Made by a program: the position numbers and the translations under genes. 64,000 nt of DNA, from the IMG/VR virus record IMGVR_UViG_3300017917_002434, positions 205,731-269,730 of that record; one strand, given 5' to 3'. This document shows positions 56,825-63,924 of this stretch, piece by piece; position 1 is the stretch's first letter; each line of letters opens with the position of its first letter. The notes under the pieces are model-generated. The model was not told the origin of the DNA and did not search any database. It saw only the letters and a program-made list of their open reading frames with translations.

Positions 56825-57523
56825 ATGCTGCTGAGAGAACTGTTAGAGCGTGTGTCAGTTACTGTTAATCGAGAGTTAAATCCTCGACTGTGGCGTGACG
56901 GTGAGTTAGATCCCGAAGTAAAACAGCATCTACTAAAGATCGCTGATCATTTTGAGCGTTTCGTGGGCATAGATCTGCCTGTCAAAGACATCACTGTGAC
57001 AGGATCTAACGCTAACTATACCTGGACCAGCCATTCCGATCTAGACCTACATCTCATAGTTCCCGGCACTCCCACAGACGAAGATCGCGAGCTGTATTCT
57101 GCTAAAAAGAGCCTATGGTCAGAACAGCACAACATCATGATACGGGGACATGAAGTAGAGTGCTATGTCCAGGGCGAAGACGAACCGCATCACTCTACGG
57201 GTGTCTACAGTCTCACCACAGACACATGGGTGATCCAACCCGAAAAAGTAGAACCCACCATAGACGACAATGCCGTAGATGCCAAGTATCAGGATCTTAC
57301 CAGATTGATACAGCTGGCTCTAGACAACTCCAGATTAGATCAGCTGAATCGTGTCAAAGATCGTGTGACCAAGATGCGTAAAGCGGGCCTAGAACGTGCG
57401 GGCGAATGGTCAACAGAAAATCTCGTATTCAAAGAACTACGCAGATCGGGGTTGATAGATCAACTTGCTGAGCGTATCCGTGAACTGGAAGATTCAGAAC
57501 TGAGTCTAGAAAATCGCAAATAA
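56825..57523 (+). CDS. Pol-beta-superfamily nucleotidyltransferase
   Basis: TGSNANY..SDLDLH (GS..DxD) plus a downstream VECYVQ third carboxylate; helical C-terminal domain. Confidence 0.85.
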   Translation: MLLRELLERVSVTVNRELNPRLWRDGELDPEVKQHLLKIADHFERFVGIDLPVKDITVTGSNANYTWTSHSDLDLHLIVPGTPTDEDRELYSAKKSLWSEQHNIMIRGHEVECYVQGEDEPHHSTGVYSLTTDTWVIQPEKVEPTIDDNAVDAKYQDLTRLIQLALDNSRLDQLNRVKDRVTKMRKAGLERAGEWSTENLVFKELRRSGLIDQLAERIRELEDSELSLENRK

Positions 57524-57568
57524 TAGTAGCAGATTATAAATACCTGTATATAACAGGGGAACAGCAAC

Positions 57569-58003
57569 ATGCTACACATCATCAGAGACCTAGGGGACGA
57601 TCTCACAAGATTGATCAAGGACGACCCTGTGAGACCTGAAATTCCCCTAGAACAGAGAATCAACAGCAATTCAGAGATATTCGTGCTGAAATCAGAAGAC
57701 GACACACCCTTGGCCGTGACCTGTGTGAAATTCCTGGAATCAGTGCCCACAGAAGTAGAAGATCTTACCAATACCGCAGTAAACACTACCACAGCAGTGT
57801 TCTACACCATATGGTCATATGCCGCAGGTGCGGGCCGCAGACTCATAGAAGAAGCACAGGCCGAGATCAAGAAAACACATCCAGAAGTCAAAACCTATGT
57901 GACACTGAGTCCAAAGACCGAAATGGCCGAACGCTTCCACCTTAAAAACGGTGCGGAAAAATGGCGAGTCAACGAACGATCAGTGAACTATCTGTATAGA
58001 TGA
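57569..58003 (+). CDS. GNAT-fold acetyltransferase-like protein
   Basis: YTIWSYAAGAGRRLI (acetyl-CoA loop) and ERFHLKNG (FYxxxG-like). Confidence 0.65.
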   Translation: MLHIIRDLGDDLTRLIKDDPVRPEIPLEQRINSNSEIFVLKSEDDTPLAVTCVKFLESVPTEVEDLTNTAVNTTTAVFYTIWSYAAGAGRRLIEEAQAEIKKTHPEVKTYVTLSPKTEMAERFHLKNGAEKWRVNERSVNYLYR

Positions 58004-58290
58004 ATCTGTTCACAGCTACCAGAGATTTCTGGGTAAGATCTTATCAAAGTGATCGCAGGGCATTTTGGTATGAAACCATATCTGCGATCTGTCTGTTCAC
58101 TTCTACCACCATGCTGGCCATAACAGCACACAGTCCAGAAATGTGGATAATCTATCCCATAAACTTCGTGGGTGCCGTATTCTCTACACTATCCTTCCTA
58201 CGCAGAGGTGCGGGCTGGCCCTTGGTAATGACCATATACTTCATGCACATACATGTGTTTGGATTTGGTCGCAGCTTGGGTTGGTGGTAA
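58000..58290 (+). CDS. Small three-helix membrane protein
   Basis: Three hydrophobic segments in 96 aa; ATGA-coupled. Confidence 0.7.
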   Translation: MNLFTATRDFWVRSYQSDRRAFWYETISAICLFTSTTMLAITAHSPEMWIIYPINFVGAVFSTLSFLRRGAGWPLVMTIYFMHIHVFGFGRSLGWW

Positions 58291-58445
58291 TAGGCGGAGC
58301 CTCCGCGATTTTTAGAGCTGCGAAGCAGCAGCGGTAGCTAGCGGTTGCAAGCAATTTTTCCTTGGCTGAAATCTACGCATATTATTCATGCTCGCCGACC
58401 CAGTCGCTCACAGTGCCCTACCTTGCCCGAATGATAACTATTAGT

Positions 58446-58559
58446 ATGATCGACGCAATAAAATTCAGTCTAGTAGTCACAGCTTGGACAGTATATCAAC
58501 TACTAAAACCCACAGCAATTATATTGGGAATAGCTGTAGTCTTTGCTCTGGTTTTATAG
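58446..58559 (+). CDS. 37-aa hydrophobic membrane peptide
   Basis: MIDAIKFSLVVTAWTVYQLLKPTAIILGIAVVFALVL; TAACTA late-like box 5 nt upstream. Confidence 0.5.
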   Translation: MIDAIKFSLVVTAWTVYQLLKPTAIILGIAVVFALVL

Positions 58560-58947
58560 CAGAGTTTAAGAACTTCTGTAGTGAATAAAACCAGTTGCCC
58601 AGCTGTGTGAATCTGGGATCTGCGACCATGTCACCCAGTGCATAGTATGTGCTTATGCCCAGAGTAGCATAGTAGTCCATGCTCAGTCCTCTACGCTGTC
58701 CGTACTCTGGTAATAGTGATGTAAAGAACAAGCAGGTATCAGCAAAGTCTTTGAACGCTGCGGAATTGACTTCTTGATATAACAATAAGTAGCGTTCAGC
58801 AAATGAAGGATCGGGGATTAGATCTACACGGCGTAAGCGACTGTCTAGCAATTGACTCAAATACCAATACAGTGACTCGGGACATTCAAAGCCCGTTTCA
58901 GAACTATGATCAACTAACAGCTTAAAGAACTGTGCTTGTGTAGTCAT
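58519..58947 (-). CDS. Hypothetical late protein
   Basis: TAAATA 5 nt upstream of the ATG at 58947 (start moved). Confidence 0.7.
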   Translation of the reverse strand: MTTQAQFFKLLVDHSSETGFECPESLYWYLSQLLDSRLRRVDLIPDPSFAERYLLLYQEVNSAAFKDFADTCLFFTSLLPEYGQRRGLSMDYYATLGISTYYALGDMVADPRFTQLGNWFYSLQKFLNSAIKPEQRLQLFPI

Positions 58948-58978
58948 GCAATTATTTACAAAATTCTTAAATAACTGT

Positions 58979-59206
58979 ATGCACATAGAGTTCAATTTGC
59001 CCACGGGTGCTGGTGGTCAGAGTGCCCTATATTTCAACACTGTGCTAGACCAACACTTGCTAGAGTGGAGTCTACAGTATCACATTGACTACCGTAAAAC
59101 ACTGACCTACTACAAAGCATGGATTTGGTTGCCCGAGGAACAGGATTACACACTGTTTGCTCTAACGTGGCAGTGGGCTAGCCCGAAATGGGTCCTACAG
59201 GCGTAA
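58979..59206 (+). CDS. Hypothetical late protein
   Basis: TAAATA 5 nt upstream of ATG 58979 (start moved). Confidence 0.65.
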   Translation: MHIEFNLPTGAGGQSALYFNTVLDQHLLEWSLQYHIDYRKTLTYYKAWIWLPEEQDYTLFALTWQWASPKWVLQA

Positions 59207-59346
59207 AAAACTGCGTGCAAATTTTTTAGGGTGAAGTACTTACAGATTCATGGTGGTGATTCTTAACCCCATACCAAGCTATAATACGTTAGTACACACT
59301 AACACTAACGCCCCCCACCCCATGGTGACCCCACCACCGACCACCA

Positions 59347-59568
59347 CTACCTCAGGCTGTCAATGAGTTCTTTCACGTCCTCAGTGACCTCTTCATACTG
59401 GTCGAAGACCGCAGCGATCATCAGCTGATGTACGGTCTCGGCATCCTTCTTAGTGTCTCCGGGTAGGCTACGCTTGAGCTGCTCTACAGCAGCTTGGCTA
59501 TCGCAGTTCCACAGCAGCTCTGCTAGTGCATGCTGCCGCTTAGTTAGCCCGTGTAGTTGTATAGTCAT
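59347..59568 (-). CDS. Early-region hypothetical protein
   Basis: 73-aa ORF at the end of the leftward array. Confidence 0.7.
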   Translation of the reverse strand: MTIQLHGLTKRQHALAELLWNCDSQAAVEQLKRSLPGDTKKDAETVHQLMIAAVFDQYEEVTEDVKELIDSLR

Positions 59569-59578
59569 AAGGGAGCCT

Positions 59579-59701
59579 TTAAGCTATTAGGGTCCAGTAT
59601 AGGGTGAGCACTAGAGCATATATGATCAGTGCGGGCCGTAGCTGCTGCCATGTGTCCCGGAGGATGAACTCTAGGTATTCTTGATCTTGTTGCTTAGTCA
59701 T
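59579..59701 (-). CDS. 40-aa membrane peptide
   Basis: Hand-translated MTKQQDQEYLEFILRDTWQQLRPALIIYALVLTLYWTLIA; overlaps the previous stop. Confidence 0.55.
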   Translation of the reverse strand: MTKQQDQEYLEFILRDTWQQLRPALIIYALVLTLYWTLIA

Positions 59702-59879
59702 AGTATTCTCCATTGCGGATGCCCAGTGTGCCTGCCCACATGATCAGCAAGCCTACTGCTGAGACTGCCACAGAAGTCAACAGCTCACTGTCTGTGATTG
59801 AGTTCTCTACTCCACCTACTCCAAACATGGTCAGGACTAATCCCAGCATGACCAACAACATTCCAGTGTTTGTTTTCAT
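59694..59879 (-). CDS. Small two-helix membrane protein
   Basis: GGAGCGAACG RBS; two hydrophobic segments. Confidence 0.75.
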   Translation of the reverse strand: MKTNTGMLLVMLGLVLTMFGVGGVENSITDSELLTSVAVSAVGLLIMWAGTLGIRNGEYYD

Positions 59880-59931
59880 CGTTCGCTCCTTTGTTTAAGT
59901 GTTTATAGTATATGATCTCTGTGCCAAACTG

Positions 59932-60162
59932 TCAACCAAAATGCCGGATTAACCCGCCAGTGCACAGGGCTATTGCCACAGCGTTGATCAGCATCTGCGG
60001 GTAGTTCTTTACCCTCACAGTCCAAGTAAAGTAGGCTACAGCCCCTAGCAGTCCGAATGTGATGTTCCAGGGTGCGAACTCTGGGAAGAAGTTCATCACT
60101 GTGTACATTAGGAGCACGAACACTGTGCCCACCCATTGTATTATGTCATTCGCAGTCTTCAT
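59932..60162 (-). CDS. Small three-helix membrane protein
   Basis: Hydrophobic 76-aa ORF with a leaderless sigma70 promoter. Confidence 0.75.
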   Translation of the reverse strand: MKTANDIIQWVGTVFVLLMYTVMNFFPEFAPWNITFGLLGAVAYFTWTVRVKNYPQMLINAVAIALCTGGLIRHFG

Positions 60163-60202
60163 GTTCGTATTGTACGATCTCTAGCCCAAACTGTCAACCA
60201 AA

Positions 60203-60568
60203 TTAAATCCCATACTTCTTTAGCAGTTCTGTACTTTTAATGGCTTGTTGTTCAGCTGATTGTCTTTGTTTGATCATATAAGCTTCATCTAACTGTACGA
60301 TTTCAGCCTCAGTGTACACAACAATCTTACCTGAAATCAAATCGCCTCTCATAGTAGGGAGAGGGCATTCGAGATTGATATACTTGTTGTCTTTACGATA
60401 TAGAAGCAGTCCTGCTCGATGTACCCTTTCTAATCCGGTTAAATTATTCTGTATGTTGATACATTCTTTAATTCCTTGATTAGTTCCGGCAAATACTGTA
60501 ACTGTTTCTGCCTGTACAGTTACCGCAGTTGCTGCGAGGATTATGGTTGCGATTAGTTGCTTCATCAT
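60203..60568 (-). CDS. Secreted/periplasmic hypothetical protein
   Basis: Signal peptide MMKQLIATIILAATAVTVQA; GGAG RBS. Confidence 0.75.
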   Translation of the reverse strand: MMKQLIATIILAATAVTVQAETVTVFAGTNQGIKECINIQNNLTGLERVHRAGLLLYRKDNKYINLECPLPTMRGDLISGKIVVYTEAEIVQLDEAYMIKQRQSAEQQAIKSTELLKKYGI

Positions 60569-60575
60569 CCTCTCC

Positions 60576-60920
60576 TTAATCCAAACGTGAGCCTGAGTAG
60601 GCCTCTACGCCCAGCTCTTCTTTGATCACAGTAGCGTAGGCAGTGGCCCCATGCTCAGCTGCGTCGATGCTCTGTCCTGGCCACCACTTGTTCCACAGCT
60701 GAAGTGTTCCTGAATAGCTCTTGCGGAAGCCCACTTCTGCCAGTGCTTTACCCATCTTTGAGTTTGAGCGGACACCGTAGACGTCGACCCAGGCGAAGCC
60801 ACAGGCACCCCCGTCTCTGCCCGCCATGTGTCGGTCTGCGAATGCACGTGCGGCCTTCTGTGCTGCGTCCATGGCTTTGACGTGGGCCATCTGGACTCGG
60901 ATCGTTTCGAAGTTGCTCAT
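60576..60920 (-). CDS. Early hypothetical protein
   Basis: Own promoter and GGAGCGA RBS; GACGFAWV motif. Confidence 0.8.
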   Translation of the reverse strand: MSNFETIRVQMAHVKAMDAAQKAARAFADRHMAGRDGGACGFAWVDVYGVRSNSKMGKALAEVGFRKSYSGTLQLWNKWWPGQSIDAAEHGATAYATVIKEELGVEAYSGSRLD

Positions 60921-60994
60921 ATTATCGCTCCTGTTTGTTTAACTTAGCCTATAGTATAGCAAATTGGCTTGGAGTTGTCAACCAAAAAGACCCT

Positions 60995-61216
60995 TTAGCA
61001 GTCAGGGTCAAAGTCGTGCCATTCCTGTGCTTCGTCGGGCTGGCCGTCCCACTCAATGTCCCGGTCGCACTCGTCCAGGATCTCGCGAACTTCGTCCATG
61101 CTGATCTGCAGCTCGGAAGCGATGTACTCCACGGTGCTGTCTTCGAAGCCGAAGTCGTCACCCAGTTGCTGGGCCATCTCTTGTACAGTTATTGCTAGAT
61201 CTTTAATAGCACCCAT
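60995..61216 (-). CDS. Early acidic hypothetical protein
   Basis: Own promoter and RBS; C-terminal QPDEAQEWHDFDPDC. Confidence 0.8.
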   Translation of the reverse strand: MGAIKDLAITVQEMAQQLGDDFGFEDSTVEYIASELQISMDEVREILDECDRDIEWDGQPDEAQEWHDFDPDC

Positions 61217-61276
61217 CGTTCGCTCCTTATTAAGTGTTCTACAGTTTCAACAGTATAGCAAATTGGGCGGAACTTG

Positions 61277-61639
61277 TCAACCGTTTTTCAGCAGTTCCGC
61301 ACCATCTTCTTTGTGTACTATAACCCTACAGGGCTTAAGGGTTTCGTTCAGCCTAGCGATCAGGCTCTGGCTGTCAGATCCCTGTCCCAGGAAGGTATCA
61401 TCGTCCTTGCGATAGGCGTAGATCTGTCCCTGATGCTGTTCCAGCTTGATTTCTACGATCTCTGGACCATCTCGTCCTGGTTCTAGGGCCAGTTCTTTGT
61501 CTCTGAGGATACGACGTAGATCCTGCTGGCTCACACCTAGATCTTTGAGGATCTCGCGGAAGGTCAGATGATTCCAGGCGTTGGTCACCGTCTTGCCAAT
61601 CCAGATCCCCACCAGCAGGGCTAGGATGATCTCTATCAT
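61277..61639 (-). CDS. Early protein with N-terminal membrane anchor
   Basis: Own promoter and GGAG RBS; hydrophobic N-terminus. Confidence 0.75.
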   Translation of the reverse strand: MIEIILALLVGIWIGKTVTNAWNHLTFREILKDLGVSQQDLRRILRDKELALEPGRDGPEIVEIKLEQHQGQIYAYRKDDDTFLGQGSDSQSLIARLNETLKPCRVIVHKEDGAELLKNG

Positions 61640-61689
61640 GATCTCTCCTTAACTATATGTGCAAATTATATAGCCAAACGGCACTGCTG

Positions 61690-61869
61690 TCAACCGCCCG
61701 TGTAGTATTTTCTGTACTCTACCCCGCCCACAGTGTGGTAAAACACACCGTCTGCCTTCATGTAGTAGCCCTTAGCGTAAAAGCGTCCCACCTGTGCTGC
61801 TATGCTGCGTCGCTGGCTGGGATGCTGGTTTTCTCGTGCTAGCTTGCGGGCTTGTGCTAGTGTAAGCAT
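61690..61869 (-). CDS. 59-aa basic early protein
   Basis: Hand-translated (MLTLAQARKLAREN...EYRKYYTGG); own promoter and GGAG RBS; missed by the ORF track. Confidence 0.7.
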   Translation of the reverse strand: MLTLAQARKLARENQHPSQRRSIAAQVGRFYAKGYYMKADGVFYHTVGGVEYRKYYTGG

Positions 61870-61965
61870 ACGTGCTCCTTTGTTACAGTTTCTATAGTAT
61901 AAGGCCGCAGTGCCAATCTGTCAACCAATTTGTCAAAGACCCTACTCTGTGTAGGGTCGTTGCTG

Positions 61966-62280
61966 TTAGCAGATAGCCTGCTCAACCATTTTAGCACTTT
62001 GCTTACTACGTCCCCCAACATGCCATTCAGTAATATTTTCTTTATCTAATCCCTGCGAGCCTAGATAATTGCGTCCATCTTTGTAATTATAGATAGTACA
62101 AACTACACCATTAATACAAACGTCCCAAGCACAGTCGCTTTTATAATCATCAATGCTGCCCTCAGGCTCGCCAAATACACGAACTAGCGTAGCATAATCA
62201 GCATTTACATAACCCTGTAAGCTAGTGCCGTCGATTTGCTTCCAGTCAGTTACTTTAGTGATTTTAAGTTTACGCATATC
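61966..62280 (-). CDS. Early hypothetical protein
   Basis: GTSLQGYV..Y..LV.VFGEP..W motif; start moved to the ATG after the GGAG RBS. Confidence 0.75.
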   Translation of the reverse strand, partial: DMRKLKITKVTDWKQIDGTSLQGYVNADYATLVRVFGEPEGSIDDYKSDCAWDVCINGVVCTIYNYKDGRNYLGSQGLDKENITEWHVGGRSKQSAKMVEQAIC

Positions 62281-62373
62281 AGCTCCTTTACAACAATGCA
62301 CGTAGTATAGCGTCTCTGCTCAATCTGTCAACCAATTTGTCAAAAGACCCTACTGTGTGTAGGGCCTTTGTGC

Positions 62374-62562
62374 TTATGCATCTAGCGTATACACTTCTAT
62401 GTCTGTGTAAACGTCGTCTGCGTCGCCGCCTTCAGTTTCCCAGCCTGCTATAAGTTTAGCACGTGCAGCTTCTGCTTTGTCTCTGCTAGTGTAAACGCCT
62501 GTGTTATACATAGCGTTCTCATCATCACCCCATCCCAGCACTTGTAGTACGTATACCTGCAT
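62374..62562 (-). CDS. Early hypothetical protein
   Basis: Own promoter and GGAGCGAAC RBS. Confidence 0.75.
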   Translation of the reverse strand: MQVYVLQVLGWGDDENAMYNTGVYTSRDKAEAARAKLIAGWETEGGDADDVYTDIEVYTLDA

Positions 62563-62655
62563 TGTTCGCTCCTGCTTTGTTAATATGTGTATATTATAGC
62601 ACAGTTGTCCAATTTGTCAACAACCCTGATAGCTGTAGGGTCTTTTCTTGACAAT

Positions 62656-62688
62656 AAAAAAACCCACTGTACAATGTGTACAGTGGGT
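62656..62688 (-). terminator. Rho-independent terminator
   Basis: 12-bp perfect stem ACCCACTGTACA/TGTACAGTGGGT followed by a T-run on the minus strand. Confidence 0.85.
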
Positions 62689-62721
62689 GTAAGGGTTACT
62701 GCTGCCGGGAGCGAGTCGGGC

Positions 62722-63024
62722 TTAGGCAGTAACAGTCGCAGCCACGGGAGCTGCTGTCTTCACCGTCTTCCCGACGGGATTCTTCTTGGACAAGTCCTTG
62801 ATAGCTGCTTCTACAGCGGGCTTGCCCTTACCGAAACCGATCTCAACCAAATGAGCGGCGATTTCAGCCTTGGTCATCTCACGTGGAAGATCGACGAGAT
62901 CTACATCAGTGTGACCGTTCTTTGCCAGGATCTTGACACGCATCGCATCGTTCGCGAAACGGATCTTGGTCTTACCATCAAGTGTCGAAACACCAGCTAC
63001 GCTAAAACGCTTATCAGTTGCCAT
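62722..63024 (-). CDS. Early hypothetical protein
   Basis: Own promoter, GAGG RBS and terminator. Confidence 0.8.
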   Translation of the reverse strand: MATDKRFSVAGVSTLDGKTKIRFANDAMRVKILAKNGHTDVDLVDLPREMTKAEIAAHLVEIGFGKGKPAVEAAIKDLSKKNPVGKTVKTAAPVAATVTA

Positions 63025-63119
63025 TTTAAATACCTCTTTCTCTGTGTGTAAATGATCCTATTGGACCGGGTTCTGCCTATTTGGCATTATCTATATAATA
63101 ACACCTAGTTGTCAAACTG

Positions 63120-63314
63120 TCAACCATTCGTTTCTCCAATATCGGCTCGGAGAATTTGGATGGTCACAGCTTCCTTCTCATCTAGAGCATTGACGAATTC
63201 ATCGTCCATGACTAGATCTTTCATGCTGAGATCCAGCATTTCTTCTACTCTGTCTAGATCGGGATTCCCCGACCCAGCACAGACTACATTGAAAACGAAT
63301 CGGTATTCACGCAT
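63120..63314 (-). CDS. Early hypothetical protein
   Basis: GGAGG RBS; start moved to MREYRFVF, overlapping the previous stop. Confidence 0.65.
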   Translation of the reverse strand: MREYRFVFNVVCAGSGNPDLDRVEEMLDLSMKDLVMDDEFVNALDEKEAVTIQILRADIGETNG

Positions 63315-63915
63315 TTCGAGCCTCCGCACCTTCTCTGATCCAAGTTGTGAGCTCTTCTTCTTGTTCGGACAGATACTCACGGATAGATTCGGAGATACCA
63401 AACGCTTCATCCAATTCCGGATAGTTGTTTTCAATATCATCGGCACTCAGCCCTTCAAGCGGAACTTCTTCACAGAAGCCATCTTGATAGGAACCAGCAA
63501 AGCACATGCCACTCTCATAGAACAGAGCGTTGACTCGGAAGCCCAGTTGCTCTAACTTCTCGTAGGCATTAACTGGAGGACTCCACGCTGAATCAAAGGA
63601 TGTGTGTAGCATCCGACCATCAGGATGGATATCACTTTGTCCATCACCGCCCACATCCCACTTGGTTCCCCACTCAGCCACGCAGTAGTCATACCAGTTA
63701 GCATAACCATACTTCTCTACATTACGCTTCTGCTGTGCCTCATGGGCCTGACGCTGATCCTCACCCAAGAAACCTGATACAGTGTCCTTGAGTTCTTGCG
63801 GAACAGGAATGAACTCTTGTAGGAACTCTCCACGATCTAGAGCCTCTTTGGCTCGGGTGATCATAGCAGGGTCATCGTGTTCAAGTGTTAGATTGTTATT
63901 ACACCAATTAGGCAT
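63307..63915 (-). CDS. DUF1281/YubB ferredoxin-like-domain protein
   Basis: MPNWCNN start, WYD..WGTKWD, F.SAWSPP and YESG..FAG motifs. Confidence 0.75.
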   Translation of the reverse strand: MPNWCNNNLTLEHDDPAMITRAKEALDRGEFLQEFIPVPQELKDTVSGFLGEDQRQAHEAQQKRNVEKYGYANWYDYCVAEWGTKWDVGGDGQSDIHPDGRMLHTSFDSAWSPPVNAYEKLEQLGFRVNALFYESGMCFAGSYQDGFCEEVPLEGLSADDIENNYPELDEAFGISESIREYLSEQEEELTTWIREGAEARNA

Positions 63916-63924
63916 GTTCGCTCC

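Larger units (their letters stand above)
60989..62646. repeat. Four copies of a conserved inverted repeat (GACCCTAC-N5-GTAGGGTC consensus)
   Basis: Copies at 60989-61009, 61938-61958, 62346-62366 and ~62623-62646, each just upstream of a -35 box. Confidence 0.8.
59907..63123 (-). promoter_or_regulatory. Array of nine near-consensus sigma70 early promoters
   Basis: Minus-strand TTGACA at 59930-35, 60192-97, 60976-81, 61275-80, 61688-93, 61919-24, 62326-31, 62615-20 and 63118-23, each 16-17 bp from TATACT/TACAAT/TATAAT/TATTAT. Confidence 0.9.

Noticed and set aside
59880-63125. Recurrent short repeats as a possible CRISPR array or integron attC array
   Set aside because: The repeats are imperfect promoter/RBS motifs spaced by 200-600-bp genes. 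There is no fixed repeat-spacer period, no cas gene or integrase in the window, and no attC GTTRRRY/RYYYAAC structure.
59713-63555. Plus-strand ORFs in the early region (59713, 60935, 61056, 61274, 61657, 62587, 63109) and alternative-frame minus ORFs (59903, 60626, 60949)
   Set aside because: They overlap minus-strand genes that have their own promoters and RBSs, and lack initiation signals.
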